NCBI GenBank assembly: GCA_963675725.2
Contig: CAXXXZ010000002.1
Span: 4,143,979-4,207,978, forward strand
Reading direction: 5' to 3'
Source: Desulfobacterales bacterium
Lineage (GTDB): Bacteria > Desulfobacterota > Desulfobacteria > Desulfobacterales > JAFDDL01
DNA: 64,000 bases
The translations under genes and the position numbers were made by a program. The notes beneath the pieces were generated by a model. That model was not told the DNA's origin and did no database searches. It saw nothing but the letters and a program-made list of their open reading frames with translations. Of the stretch, positions 1 through 9,940 are shown one piece after another (positions within the stretch are counted from its first letter, which is position 1; every line of letters starts with the position of its first letter).

Positions 1-902
1 ATATCAATGGACGGGAAGCTATTCTGAAGATTCACTCCAAGAATGTGGTGCTGGGTCCGGAAGTCGATCTGCGAGGGATCGCCGGGCGTACGCCGGGCTT
101 TGTGGGCGCGGATCTGGCCAATATCATCAACGAAGCCGCATTGCTGGCTGCCCGAAATAATAAAGAAAAAGTAGAGCTGACCGATTTTGATGAGGCCATC
201 GACCGGGTGGTCGCCGGTCTTCAGAAAAAGAGTCGGGTGATGAATGCGAAGGAAAAAGAAATTGTCGCCTTCCATGAGTCAGGCCATGCGATAGTGGCCG
301 AGTCCGTCGAGTATGCCGATCCCGTGCATAAAATTTCGATTATTCCCCGAGGGATTTCAGCCCTCGGATACACCCAACAGCAGCCGACGGAGGATCGTTA
401 TTTGATGACCCGCTCGGAACTACTGGATCGACTGGCCGTTCTTTTAGGCGGCCGTGTTGCAGAGGAGCTGGTGTTTAATGAAATCTCCACCGGCGCCCAG
501 AACGATTTGCAGCGGGCTTCGGACATCGCTCGGGCCATGGTGACGGATTACGGCATGAGTGATTTGCTGGGGCTGGTGAGCTATGAGCGCCCGCGCCAGG
601 CGATGTTTCTCCCGGAAAGTTTTTCTTCCGGCAAAAATTACAGTGAAGCAAAAGCCGCTCAAATTGATGAAGAGGTCGCGCGATTTGTAGAAGAAGCCCA
701 TCAGCGGGTGCGAAAAATCCTCGCTGAAAGGCGGACGGTCCTTAATGATTTGGCCGAGCTTCTTTCCCGGAAGGAAAGTGTCCAGGGAGAGGAACTTAGA
801 GAGATGTTGTCGGCATCCAAAGGCGGAGCGGCAACCTCAAAGCCTGTCCAGCCATCCGGTAACATGACCGGAAATGAAGACAAGAAAAATGGCATTGAAT
901 AG
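1..902 (+). CDS. ftsH: ATP-dependent zinc metalloprotease FtsH, C-terminal part (5' end upstream of window)
   Basis: Frame is open from base 3. AAA+ lid segment TPGFVGADLANIINEAALLAAR, then HEXXH zinc site (FHESGHAIV) and an M41 peptidase body. Stop at 900-902. Confidence 0.93.
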   Translation, partial: INGREAILKIHSKNVVLGPEVDLRGIAGRTPGFVGADLANIINEAALLAARNNKEKVELTDFDEAIDRVVAGLQKKSRVMNAKEKEIVAFHESGHAIVAESVEYADPVHKISIIPRGISALGYTQQQPTEDRYLMTRSELLDRLAVLLGGRVAEELVFNEISTGAQNDLQRASDIARAMVTDYGMSDLLGLVSYERPRQAMFLPESFSSGKNYSEAKAAQIDEEVARFVEEAHQRVRKILAERRTVLNDLAELLSRKESVQGEELREMLSASKGGAATSKPVQPSGNMTGNEDKKNGIE

Positions 903-923
903 AATTATTATAAATCAGAATAA

Positions 924-2222
924 ATGATGAAAACTTACCAGGACATAAAATCGGCAGCTTACATTGATGCCATCATCCATTATGTTGAACCGCTGTTGGG
1001 TGTTCATTTCACGCGCGTCAAAAAAAATCGGTATAATGCGCTATGCCCATTCCACACCGACACCAAAGATACTTTCATGGCGTACGTCAATAAGCAGGAT
1101 GAGGTTCGGTTCCATTGTTTTGGTGCCTGTAAGGGAGATTGGGACATTTTTGACCTGATCATGTTGCGGGAAAAATGTCGATTCAGAAAGGCACAACAGG
1201 TTTGGGCCGAGCATTTGGGAATCGAAGATTTTAAGTTCAGTGGCGGCGTCAGCCCCTGCATTCCTGAGCCGCATGAAACGCCGGAGCCCGATGATACGGT
1301 TGTTTTTATCGACCCGAAGAGGCTTGATGAAAAGATCGTTTCTGCTCTGGATGCTGCTGCCCATTTATACAATGATCTTTTGATGGCTAATAAAGACCGG
1401 TTCAAGCACATTTGGGATTATCTTGTCTGCCGGGGGGTCGAAAAAAATACCATCGGAAAATTCAACATCGGCTACGCGCCGCCATACAGCGATGAACAGT
1501 ATCAAGGTAGGGCGCTCACCACCGACTTCTTCCCACGCTTTGAAAAGGATTCCGGGGTCTTAAATGTCTTCTCGGATAGCGGATTGGTCAGATGTTTGAA
1601 CGATAAGACCGTCAAGGGATACGGATATTATTGTCGGCAAGTCGATTTTAAACGGAAAGATACGGTTTTAAGAAATTACGGTGATTTTCTCGCCGGGCGG
1701 ATAGTTTTCCCCATTTATGATGCAGACGCCTGCCTGACCGGGTTAATCGGCAGACGCCCGGACGACAAGGGCGTTCGCCGGCTCAAACACCAGAACAGAG
1801 AAGTTCCTCTTTCCGCCGGGAGTTGGCTTTACGGTATTGAAAAAGCCGTTCGGCATATCCGGCAATACCGAACGATCATACTGGTGGAGGGCATCTTTGA
1901 TTTTTTTGCCTTCTACAACCTGCTCCAAAACCAGGACAAAACGGTGGTGGTTTCGACATTGGGTTCCTATCTTTCCCCTGAGGCGGTGAACTTCCTCGAA
2001 GGCCTCAATATCAAGCACTTCATTGTTGCCTTTGACTGGGACGGGGCCGGCAGAAACGGCATCGAACGGGTTGCGGCCAAACTAGGGGGATGGGTCTATT
2101 ACCTTGGCGGGTTGGCGGAAGGTCAGGACCCCTACGACATGTTAAACCCGTTGGTTGACACCATCGGAGAATTTTCCCTGAAACACAAAAAGACCGAGGC
2201 ACACTGCACCGACAGAGAATAG
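924..2222 (+). CDS. short DnaG-like DNA primase (zinc ribbon + primase core + Toprim, no C-terminal DnaB-binding domain)
   Basis: Zinc ribbon CPFHTDTKD...HCFGACKGDWD. Primase core GRIVFPIYDADACLTGLIGRR. Toprim motifs ILVEGIFDFF and FDWDGAGRNG. Only 432 aa. Confidence 0.8.
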   Translation: MMKTYQDIKSAAYIDAIIHYVEPLLGVHFTRVKKNRYNALCPFHTDTKDTFMAYVNKQDEVRFHCFGACKGDWDIFDLIMLREKCRFRKAQQVWAEHLGIEDFKFSGGVSPCIPEPHETPEPDDTVVFIDPKRLDEKIVSALDAAAHLYNDLLMANKDRFKHIWDYLVCRGVEKNTIGKFNIGYAPPYSDEQYQGRALTTDFFPRFEKDSGVLNVFSDSGLVRCLNDKTVKGYGYYCRQVDFKRKDTVLRNYGDFLAGRIVFPIYDADACLTGLIGRRPDDKGVRRLKHQNREVPLSAGSWLYGIEKAVRHIRQYRTIILVEGIFDFFAFYNLLQNQDKTVVVSTLGSYLSPEAVNFLEGLNIKHFIVAFDWDGAGRNGIERVAAKLGGWVYYLGGLAEGQDPYDMLNPLVDTIGEFSLKHKKTEAHCTDRE

Positions 2223-2426
2223 GAGGTAAGAATGGCGGATATTTTGAGAAGTAATGTTTAGACATATGTCAGAAAACTGATCGCAAAAGAATTCAAATGT
2301 AAAAACAATGAAGAAAAAGTTCTTTCGGAACACCGCGAAAAAGATACGGGGGAACTTTAGGACGGGCAACATCGACCATCATGCAATAATCTACTAACGA
2401 AAGAAAAACGTAATGAAAGATAGGGT

Positions 2427-2636
2427 ATGAACTTTAAACTGATCCTCGGCGTAATAGTGGCCGGCCTGGCAGTAGTCTTCATCATCCAAAATGCTGCGGT
2501 CGTAGAGCTTACCTTTTTGGCTTGGACCGTGTCGATGTCCAGGGCATTGCTAATGTTTTTTATTTTATCCATAGGCTTTATTCTGGGCTGGGTGCTGCAC
2601 GGCGTCTTCGGAAGAAAAAAGACACAGACCGTTTAA
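2427..2636 (+). CDS. small inner-membrane protein, LapA/DUF1049-like
   Basis: 69 aa with two hydrophobic helices (ILGVIVAGLAVVFIIQ, LLMFFILSIGFILGWVL) and a basic tail. Family name is from memory of this layout. Confidence 0.55.
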   Translation: MNFKLILGVIVAGLAVVFIIQNAAVVELTFLAWTVSMSRALLMFFILSIGFILGWVLHGVFGRKKTQTV

Positions 2637-2705
2637 AAACAACTCGCGTTTAGCGAAGTCCTTGGCAAAGGCCACCTGAATGCTGAGAAAAAGGACAACC
2701 CTGCT

Positions 2706-3881
2706 GTGACCCGAATGATGCCAAACAATCAGATCACCCTGTTGCAAAACGGAGAGATTTATTTTCAGGCGATCGAAGCGGCGCTGGACCGGGCGGTGAA
2801 TGACATTTACCTGGAAAGCTATATTTTCGAAAATGACAATACCGGACGACGCATTGCCGAAGCGCTCAAGCGTGCAGCCCTTCGTGGTGTAAAAACCCAC
2901 ATGCTGATTGATGGATTCGGTTCGTCCAGTTTTCCGAAAACTATGGTCGATACCCTTGAGGCTGCCGGCGTCATTGTGCTGAAGTTTCGGCCCAAGACAT
3001 CGCCCTGGACCCTGCGGCGGCGGAGATTGCGTCGCTTGCACCGAAAAATTGTGGTCGTTGACCGGACGATTGCCTTTGTCGGAGGCATTAATATTATCGA
3101 TGATTTTGAAATACCTGGTCAAACATCGATGCGTTTTGACTACGCGGTAAGTGTGGAAGGGCCACTGGTGGAAAAAATTCACGATGCTGCCCGCCAGGTC
3201 TGGTCGCGGGTGGCCCGACCCCGCTCGCGACCCGACTGGAGCCGGGAAAGCAATAGCCAAGCTCCTTTAACCGAATCCAGGGGCCGTATGCAATCAGCTT
3301 TTCTGATACGGGATAACTTCCGCCACCGTCGCGATATTGAAGATGCCTATCTAAAGGCAATTGAACAGGCGCAATTTGAAATCATTCTTGCAAGTGCCTA
3401 CTTTTTGCCCGGGTTGAATTTTCGTCATGCGCTTTTGAATGCTGCCGGGCGCGGAGTCCGGGTGGTTTTGCTGCTACAAGGAAAGATGGATCACCGAGTG
3501 CTGCATCATGCCTCACATGCTCTATATGGCAATTTTTTCGATGGAGGGATTGAGATCTACGAATACCACAAGAGCATCATGCACGCCAAAGTGGCTGTGA
3601 TTGATGAACATTGGGCTACGGTGGGCTCCTCAAATCTTGATCCTTTCAGCCTGTTGCTATCTCTCGAAGCAAATGTCGTTATTGAAGATGAAAGCTTTGC
3701 CAAAAAATTAAAGTTTAGCCTGGAGGAGGCCATTAAGATTGAAGCGCGGCGAATACTTGAGAATAAGTGGAGAGGGCAGCCTATTCGGCATCGTGTGGCG
3801 AGTTGGTTAAGCTACGGCTTGGTCCGATTTATGATAGGAATGGCGGGATATGCGCCGGGGAAAAAGTTTGATCGGAGTTAA
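2706..3881 (+). CDS. clsB: phospholipase-D family cardiolipin synthase, ClsB type
   Basis: Two HKD motifs (HRKIVVVDRTIAFVGGINI and HAKVAVIDEHWATVGSSNLD). No N-terminal TM segments. N-terminus ITLLQNGEIYFQAI resembles ClsB. GTG start at 2706; ATG alternatives at 2715/2718. Confidence 0.85.
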   Translation: MTRMMPNNQITLLQNGEIYFQAIEAALDRAVNDIYLESYIFENDNTGRRIAEALKRAALRGVKTHMLIDGFGSSSFPKTMVDTLEAAGVIVLKFRPKTSPWTLRRRRLRRLHRKIVVVDRTIAFVGGINIIDDFEIPGQTSMRFDYAVSVEGPLVEKIHDAARQVWSRVARPRSRPDWSRESNSQAPLTESRGRMQSAFLIRDNFRHRRDIEDAYLKAIEQAQFEIILASAYFLPGLNFRHALLNAAGRGVRVVLLLQGKMDHRVLHHASHALYGNFFDGGIEIYEYHKSIMHAKVAVIDEHWATVGSSNLDPFSLLLSLEANVVIEDESFAKKLKFSLEEAIKIEARRILENKWRGQPIRHRVASWLSYGLVRFMIGMAGYAPGKKFDRS

Positions 3882-4045
3882 TCGATTTAAACAAAAAGGA
3901 GGAACAGATACAAATGACAACATTTTTTAACGGGACATGGGATGTTTTTGCAATACGATTACGGCATTGTTACCGATGCTAATTGGCGCCATCATGATTT
4001 ATGTGGTGGGTATATTTAAACTTCATAATTAAATGAGGGGGGATT

Positions 4046-4465
4046 ATGTTTAGAAAATCATTAAGCGAGTTGGATATAGCAACCCAGACTGCAGTGGAGC
4101 AAGCGAGGGATACAAACTTTTTTGAGCCCGGTACAACCGGCCGCGGGGTTTATCCTTTCATCAATTTGTTTGAGAAGGACGGGGACTTGGTTTTGGCCGC
4201 TGAATTGCCTGGAGTAAAAAAAGAGGAGTTGACTTTGGAAATAAGAGAAGACGTTCTGCGTCTGGCCGGTGCACGTAAAATTGAGTATGGCGAAGATTGC
4301 AGTTGCCATCGTCTGGAACGTAAAGGGTTAAACTTTGATCGTTCCATAAAACTCCCTTTTCGTATTGAGGGGGGCAAGATCCAGGCGGAATTTAAGAATG
4401 GAATGTTAATGGTGGTCTTGCCAAGGGCGGAGTCAGACAAACCCAAGCAAATTGCGATCAACTAA
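4046..4465 (+). CDS. Hsp20/alpha-crystallin small heat-shock protein
   Basis: ACD signature ELPGVKKEELTLEIREDVLRLAG ... IQAEFKNGMLMVVLPR. GGGGG-rich RBS lies upstream. Confidence 0.9.
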   Translation: MFRKSLSELDIATQTAVEQARDTNFFEPGTTGRGVYPFINLFEKDGDLVLAAELPGVKKEELTLEIREDVLRLAGARKIEYGEDCSCHRLERKGLNFDRSIKLPFRIEGGKIQAEFKNGMLMVVLPRAESDKPKQIAIN

Positions 4466-4488
4466 TTTAGATGAATAAGGAGGATACC

Positions 4489-4896
4489 ATGGCTGAGAAT
4501 AAAATAGTCACCAAAACCGAAGCTCAAGATCTGCAAAAGCAGGAGCATAAAGAAGAACGAACTGTCGCGGGACGGTTTTTTATTCCACAGACCGATATTG
4601 TAGAAAATAAAGAAAGTCTGGTTATCACGATGGATCTGCCTGGAGTGAAGAAAGAGGATGTGAGCATTAAATTGGAGAATAACCTACTTGAGGTGGAAGG
4701 CCGGATTGACTATGCACCTTATGAGAAACTCAATCCTGTCTATGCTGAATACAACATAGGCAATTATGCACGAAGTTTTACCGTCACCAATGCGGTAGAT
4801 ACCAGTAATATCGAGGCGGTGCTTAGAGAGGGCGTCCTATCCCTGACGCTGCTCAAGGCGCCTGAAGCAAAACCGAGGGTAATTTCCGTCAAATAA
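4489..4896 (+). CDS. Hsp20/alpha-crystallin small heat-shock protein
   Basis: DLPGVKKEDVSIKLENNLLEVEG ... IEAVLREGVLSLTLLK. AAGGAGG lies 5 nt before the ATG at 4489; the in-frame ATG at 4471 is a less likely start. Confidence 0.9.
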   Translation: MAENKIVTKTEAQDLQKQEHKEERTVAGRFFIPQTDIVENKESLVITMDLPGVKKEDVSIKLENNLLEVEGRIDYAPYEKLNPVYAEYNIGNYARSFTVTNAVDTSNIEAVLREGVLSLTLLKAPEAKPRVISVK

Positions 4897-5096
4897 AACA
4901 CTTAGTAGGAACATGCTGCGTTGGTTCCAGCGTATCAGCGTTCCTACTTAAATTAGTTTCCTCAAACGCTCTCTTATTGGAAAGTTATATTCCAAAAGTG
5001 TGGAAGGAGTTCTGAACCGTTAGCCGGGTCGCTATCGCTCCATCCCTTACGAAAAAGAGCGAGAGAAAGTAAGATTTCCTAAAAAGGAGAAAGACC

Positions 5097-5567
5097 ATGA
5101 AATCAATCACAAAAGACAACGTTACAACAAAGAAGAATTTGGCCATTAAAAAAGTTATGTCGTTCTTACTCATGTCGGTGATTTTAATTATACCGTCTGT
5201 TTTATTTGCCCAGCAAGAAAAAACACAAATGCCCGTCGTTCCGGCCCCGGCCCCGACATCCTTTGAGCATAATCAGGGAATGCCGGAGATGCAAATGAAA
5301 GAATGCGACGGGATGATGTCAAGGATGAAGGAAATGGATGCCCGGTTGGACGCAAAAGTAGCCGTCATGGATGCAGCAAAGGGGACTCAAAAAGTAGAAG
5401 CCATGGCATCCGTCATAAAGGAAATGGTCTCCCAGCGAAAGGAGATGCAAGAGCACATGATGAGGATGCATGACATGAAGAAGATACATGGCATGGGAAA
5501 GGGCCACATGATGGAACATATGAAACCCGAGATGGAAAGTGACAAAGATTTGGGAAATGATAGGTAA
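5097..5567 (+). CDS. secreted Met/His-rich protein (possible periplasmic metal-binding protein)
   Basis: Signal-like MSFLLMSVILIIPSVLFAQQ. The C-terminal half is dense in M and H (MQEHMMRMHDMKKIHGMGKGHMMEHMKPEM). AAGGAG RBS. Confidence 0.65.
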   Translation: MKSITKDNVTTKKNLAIKKVMSFLLMSVILIIPSVLFAQQEKTQMPVVPAPAPTSFEHNQGMPEMQMKECDGMMSRMKEMDARLDAKVAVMDAAKGTQKVEAMASVIKEMVSQRKEMQEHMMRMHDMKKIHGMGKGHMMEHMKPEMESDKDLGNDR

Positions 5568-5574
5568 AAAGAGG

Positions 5575-8268
5575 ATGCAAATGGGCCAATACAATCTGAA
5601 CCGCATCTTTAAACCGCGCCATGTTGCGGTGGTGGGTGCCAGTGAAAAAGCGGGAACCATCGGCAACGCGCTGATGAAAAATCTTATTGACGGCGGGTTT
5701 TCCGGAAGGTTGCTGCCGGTGAATCCAAAATATAAGACCCTCCACGGGCATGAATGCTTCGGATCGGTTTCCGCCCTGGAGACGGGAGTGGATCTTGCGA
5801 TTATCGCCACGCCGATTCAAAGCGTTGCCGATATCGTGAGTGAATGCGTCGATAAAAAGGTCGGCGGCGCCGTTATTATTTCGGCGGGGGGCAAGGAGGT
5901 TGGTGAAAAGGGCAGAGAAATAGAAGAAAATATTCGGCGGATTGCTTGCGGGGGCGGACTTCGAATCGTGGGACCGAATTGCATGGGTATTATTCGGCCC
6001 GGCGTAAACCTAAATGCCAGCTTTGCCTCCGAAATGCCTGTGGCCGGAAATCTGGCATTTGTTTCCCAGAGCGGTGCTATTTGTTCGGCGATTCTGGACC
6101 TGGCTTTTAAGGAGCGCATCGGCTTCAGCCATTTTGTCAGCATCGGCTCCATGCTGGACGTTGATTTTGGAGACATGATCGATTATCTCGGAAATGACCC
6201 AACGGCAAGAAGCATTCTACTGTATATCGAAAGCCTGACGAACTTCCGAAAATTCATGAGTGCTGCGCGTTCCGTGTCCCGGATCAAACCCATCATCGTC
6301 CTGAAATCAGGTAGAAGCCCCGCCGGCGCAAAGGCCGCCGCATCCCACACGGGCGCCATGGCCGGCGAAGATGCGGTGTATGACGCCGCCTTTAAGCGCG
6401 CCGGCATTGTGCGTGTGGATACCATCGAAGAACTTTTCGATTGTGCGGAGTTGATGGCAAAGCAACCCCGACCGCGCGGTCCCCGACTGGCCATCCTTAC
6501 CAATGGCGGGGGGCCGGGCGTGATGGCAACAGACACCCTCGCCCGGTATGGGCAAGAACCCGCACCCCTTGACTCTGAAACCATACAAGCGCTCGATGCG
6601 TTTTTGCCACCCTTCTGGAGCCGGGGGAACCCCATCGATATTCTCGGGGATGCTTCTGCCCAGAGGTTTGGCCGCGCACTCGATATTTGCTTCAACGCTA
6701 AAAATTTGGACGGGGTGCTGGTCATCCTTGCCCCCCAGGCTCTTACGGAACCCCTTGCAGTCGCCGAGGCCCTGGCCTCCGCCGTGAAAGGGCGCCGGTA
6801 TCCGGTGTTTAGCTGCTGGATGGGCGGTAAAAGCATTGGGCCTGCCGTGGAAATTTTAAATGAGGCGGGAATCCCAACCTATGATACTCCGGAACGGGCG
6901 GTGAAAGCGTTTCTTTACATGGTTGAATATGCCCGAAACCTTGAACTGCTTTTGGAAATACCACCGAAAGTGATTGGGCATATGGTGTTCGATCAGGAAA
7001 AAGCCCGTCACCTGATTTCCGGAGCGCCCACGCAAGAATTTATGCCGGAATCCGATTCAAAGGAATTGCTCATGGCGTATGGCCTGCCTGTGATCAAAAC
7101 GGAAACGGCAACAACCGAGGCCCAGGCTTCGAGTACCAGCCGCAAATTGGGATACCCACTGGTTATGAAATTGCACTCTCCGGATATCACCCACAAGACC
7201 GATGCGGGCGGCGTTCGTCTGGATTTGCGAAGCGACGCGGAGGTTGGCGAAGCCTACCGACAAATTATGTCTTCTGCTCGCCGGTATAAACCCGATGCCC
7301 GGATTGAGGGGGTAACGATTCAACCCTATTATTCAAATCCGGATTTTGAAATTCTTCTGGGCGCCAAGCGGGATCCCAGTTTCGGCCCGGTGATTCTTTT
7401 CGGAATGGGCGGAATTTACACGGAGGTCTTAAAAGACAGGGCACTGGGACTTCCTCCCATGAACCGGCTACTCGCCCGTCGACTCATGCAGGAAACCAAA
7501 GCATACTCCCTGTTGCAAGGATACCGGAACCGCCCTGCTGCCGACATGGAGCAGCTCGAAGAAATGATTATCAGGCTCTCCCAACTCCTGATCGATTTCC
7601 CCGAAATTGCCGAACTGGATATGAATCCCGTTCTGATCAAGGACGGCAATTGCGTTGCGGTTGATGCCCGAATCCTTGTTTCACCGCACGATAAGCCATC
7701 ATCGCTGCATCTGGTGATCGGCCCCTATCCGGAAGAGGATGAATCCCACATGATCAGCGTTGACGGGCGCCGAATTTTTATCCGGCCCGTCAAGCCCGAG
7801 GACGCCCCGCTTTTTACGGCGTTGTTCAAGGTGCTTTCCCCCACGACGATTTATTATCGTTTCTTCGGGCCGTTAAAAAAATTAAAGCCGGAGATGCTGG
7901 CCCGGTTCACTCAGATCGATTACGACCGGGAAATTGCGCTGGTTGCCCTGGATGAAGATATGGATGAAAATTCTGAGACCAGCCGCATGCTGGGGGTTGC
8001 AAGAATCATCGGGGATCCGGATGGGAAAACGGGGGAGTTCGCCGTTCTGGTGGGAGACACCTGGCAAGGCAAGGGTATTGGTTCGAACCTGCTGGAAAAA
8101 TGCTTGTCAATTGCCGAAAAGCAAGGCTTTGAAAAGGTTCATGGCATCGTTTTGCAGGAGAACAAGAATATGCTCACCCTCGGACAAAAACTGGGTTTTG
8201 AAATAAAAAAAACTCCCGACTGCGGAGACATTGAGTTGGTTATAAATTTCGAAGGGAACAGGACATGA
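5575..8268 (+). CDS. bifunctional ADP-forming acyl-CoA synthetase / GNAT acetyltransferase (Pat-like)
   Basis: CoA-binding N-terminus (PRHVAVVGASEKAGTIG), ATP-grasp (GYPLVMKLHSPDITHKTDAGGVRL) and C-terminal GNAT (GDTWQGKGIGSNLLEKCL). Start chosen after the upstream stop, behind AAGAGG. Confidence 0.85.
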   Translation: MQMGQYNLNRIFKPRHVAVVGASEKAGTIGNALMKNLIDGGFSGRLLPVNPKYKTLHGHECFGSVSALETGVDLAIIATPIQSVADIVSECVDKKVGGAVIISAGGKEVGEKGREIEENIRRIACGGGLRIVGPNCMGIIRPGVNLNASFASEMPVAGNLAFVSQSGAICSAILDLAFKERIGFSHFVSIGSMLDVDFGDMIDYLGNDPTARSILLYIESLTNFRKFMSAARSVSRIKPIIVLKSGRSPAGAKAAASHTGAMAGEDAVYDAAFKRAGIVRVDTIEELFDCAELMAKQPRPRGPRLAILTNGGGPGVMATDTLARYGQEPAPLDSETIQALDAFLPPFWSRGNPIDILGDASAQRFGRALDICFNAKNLDGVLVILAPQALTEPLAVAEALASAVKGRRYPVFSCWMGGKSIGPAVEILNEAGIPTYDTPERAVKAFLYMVEYARNLELLLEIPPKVIGHMVFDQEKARHLISGAPTQEFMPESDSKELLMAYGLPVIKTETATTEAQASSTSRKLGYPLVMKLHSPDITHKTDAGGVRLDLRSDAEVGEAYRQIMSSARRYKPDARIEGVTIQPYYSNPDFEILLGAKRDPSFGPVILFGMGGIYTEVLKDRALGLPPMNRLLARRLMQETKAYSLLQGYRNRPAADMEQLEEMIIRLSQLLIDFPEIAELDMNPVLIKDGNCVAVDARILVSPHDKPSSLHLVIGPYPEEDESHMISVDGRRIFIRPVKPEDAPLFTALFKVLSPTTIYYRFFGPLKKLKPEMLARFTQIDYDREIALVALDEDMDENSETSRMLGVARIIGDPDGKTGEFAVLVGDTWQGKGIGSNLLEKCLSIAEKQGFEKVHGIVLQENKNMLTLGQKLGFEIKKTPDCGDIELVINFEGNRT

Positions 8269-9890
8269 CGTTAATAGAAAAAATTCAAAGCATATTTCCG
8301 CAGGCCGCCGATATACCGGGACCTTTTTTAAAGGACATTCCCTGCATTCAGACCGGCTATCTCATTAACGGTGAGATTCGAGACTGGGACGGTCCTCGCC
8401 AGAAGGTGCTTTCTCCCGTTTGGGTAGCGGGCGGCACCGGCCCGAAGCCTTTTTTAATTGGTGAATATCCGCTGTTGACGGAGACGGAAGCATTGGGGGC
8501 CCTTGGTGCGGCGGTTGCCGCCTATGATCATGGGCGGGGTTTGTGGCCGACCTTTTCAGTAGCCGAACGAATTGAACACATGGAGCGGTTCGTTTTTCAA
8601 ATGATCGAAGTAAAGGACCGGGTTGTACGATTTTTGATGTGGGAGGTGGGGAAATCTATTCAGGATTCGGAAAAGGAATTCGACCGAACCATTAAATACA
8701 TTAACGATACTCTCGCCGCGCTTAAGGATCTCGATCGAATTTCTTCCCGGTTCACCATCGAGGAAGGAATTATCGGTCAGATTCGGCGCGCCCCCTTGGG
8801 CGTTGTGCTCTGCATGGGGCCGTTCAATTATCCGCTCAACGAGACATTCACCACCCTGATACCGGCGCTTGTCATGGGAAATACCGTGATCTTAAAGCCA
8901 CCCAAGCACGGCGCGCTTCTTTACGCACCTCTTCTGGTGGCCTTCCGGGATGTTTTTCCGAAAGGCGTCATCAATATTATCTACGGTGAGGGGAGAAAAG
9001 TGATTCCCCCGCTCATGGCATCCAGCAAAATCAACGTGCTGGGGCTGATCGGTACGAGCAAGACGGCAAATGCTTTGAAAAAACAACATCCCAACCCCAA
9101 TCGCCTTCGTTGCGTCCTGGGGTTGGAAGCTAAAAACCCGGCCATCGTGCTGAAAGGCGCCGATCTTGATTCAGCCGTGAGGGAATGCGTTCTCGGCTGC
9201 CTATCCTTTAACGGACAGCGCTGCACGGCGCTTAAAATTCTCTTTGTGGAAGCCGCCATCGCAGACGAGTTTCTTGAACGCTTTGCTGCGGCCGTTAACG
9301 CGCTGTCCTTTGGGATGCCATGGCAGGAAGGGGTTTTCGTGACACCGGTCGCGGAAAAAGGCAAGACGGATTACTTGCGGGAACTCGTGTCGGACGCTGT
9401 GGCAAAAGGCGCCCGGGTTGTCAATCCGGATGGGGCAACAATTTGCGGCAGCTTTTTTTTTCCGGCTGTCCTGTATCCGGTTCACCATAGAATGAGAGTG
9501 TACCATGAAGAGCAGTTCGGCCCGGTGATTCCCGTCCTGCCCTTTGACACAATTGATGAGCCCATTGAGTACATGATCAATTCGAACTTCGGCCAGCAAG
9601 TCAGCATTTTCGGAAGTGGTCCGGACCAGATTGCACGATTGATAGATCCGCTGGTAAACCAGGTCTGCCGGGTCAACATCAACAGCCAGTGCCAACGGGG
9701 ACCGGACACGTTTCCCTTCACGGGTCGAAAGGATTCCGCGGAAGGAACCCTTTCCGTCTCCGATGCCTTGCGGGTTTTTTCCATTCGAACCCTGGTTGCC
9801 GCCAAGCAAACGGATTTGAACAAACAGATCATTACCCGCATCGTGCGGGATCATAAGAGCAAATTTTTGGCGACTGACTTTATTTTGTAA
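8265..9890 (+). CDS. NAD(P)-dependent aldehyde dehydrogenase, non-phosphorylating GapN-like
   Basis: ALDH fold with catalytic Cys in FNGQRCTALK and Glu in LGLEAKNPAIV. The ATGA overlap with the upstream gene implies translational coupling. Confidence 0.85.
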   Translation: MTLIEKIQSIFPQAADIPGPFLKDIPCIQTGYLINGEIRDWDGPRQKVLSPVWVAGGTGPKPFLIGEYPLLTETEALGALGAAVAAYDHGRGLWPTFSVAERIEHMERFVFQMIEVKDRVVRFLMWEVGKSIQDSEKEFDRTIKYINDTLAALKDLDRISSRFTIEEGIIGQIRRAPLGVVLCMGPFNYPLNETFTTLIPALVMGNTVILKPPKHGALLYAPLLVAFRDVFPKGVINIIYGEGRKVIPPLMASSKINVLGLIGTSKTANALKKQHPNPNRLRCVLGLEAKNPAIVLKGADLDSAVRECVLGCLSFNGQRCTALKILFVEAAIADEFLERFAAAVNALSFGMPWQEGVFVTPVAEKGKTDYLRELVSDAVAKGARVVNPDGATICGSFFFPAVLYPVHHRMRVYHEEQFGPVIPVLPFDTIDEPIEYMINSNFGQQVSIFGSGPDQIARLIDPLVNQVCRVNINSQCQRGPDTFPFTGRKDSAEGTLSVSDALRVFSIRTLVAAKQTDLNKQIITRIVRDHKSKFLATDFIL

Positions 9891-9940
9891 AAGGCATGGG
9901 TACCACATTGTTTAATGTATGAAAGAAAACGGAATGGGTT

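Noticed and set aside
3938-3952. TGGGATGTTTTTGCA upstream of the first hsp20 pair, which looks sigma54-like.
   Set aside because: The GG to GC spacing is 9 nt rather than the required 10, and there is no UAS palindrome nearby.
5539-5574. Upstream ATG (5539) for the Pat-like gene, as given in the ORF track.
   Set aside because: It would overlap the preceding gene by 29 nt. ATG 5575 follows the upstream stop and an AAGAGG RBS, and it aligns with the expected N-terminus (MQMGQYNLNRIFKPR).
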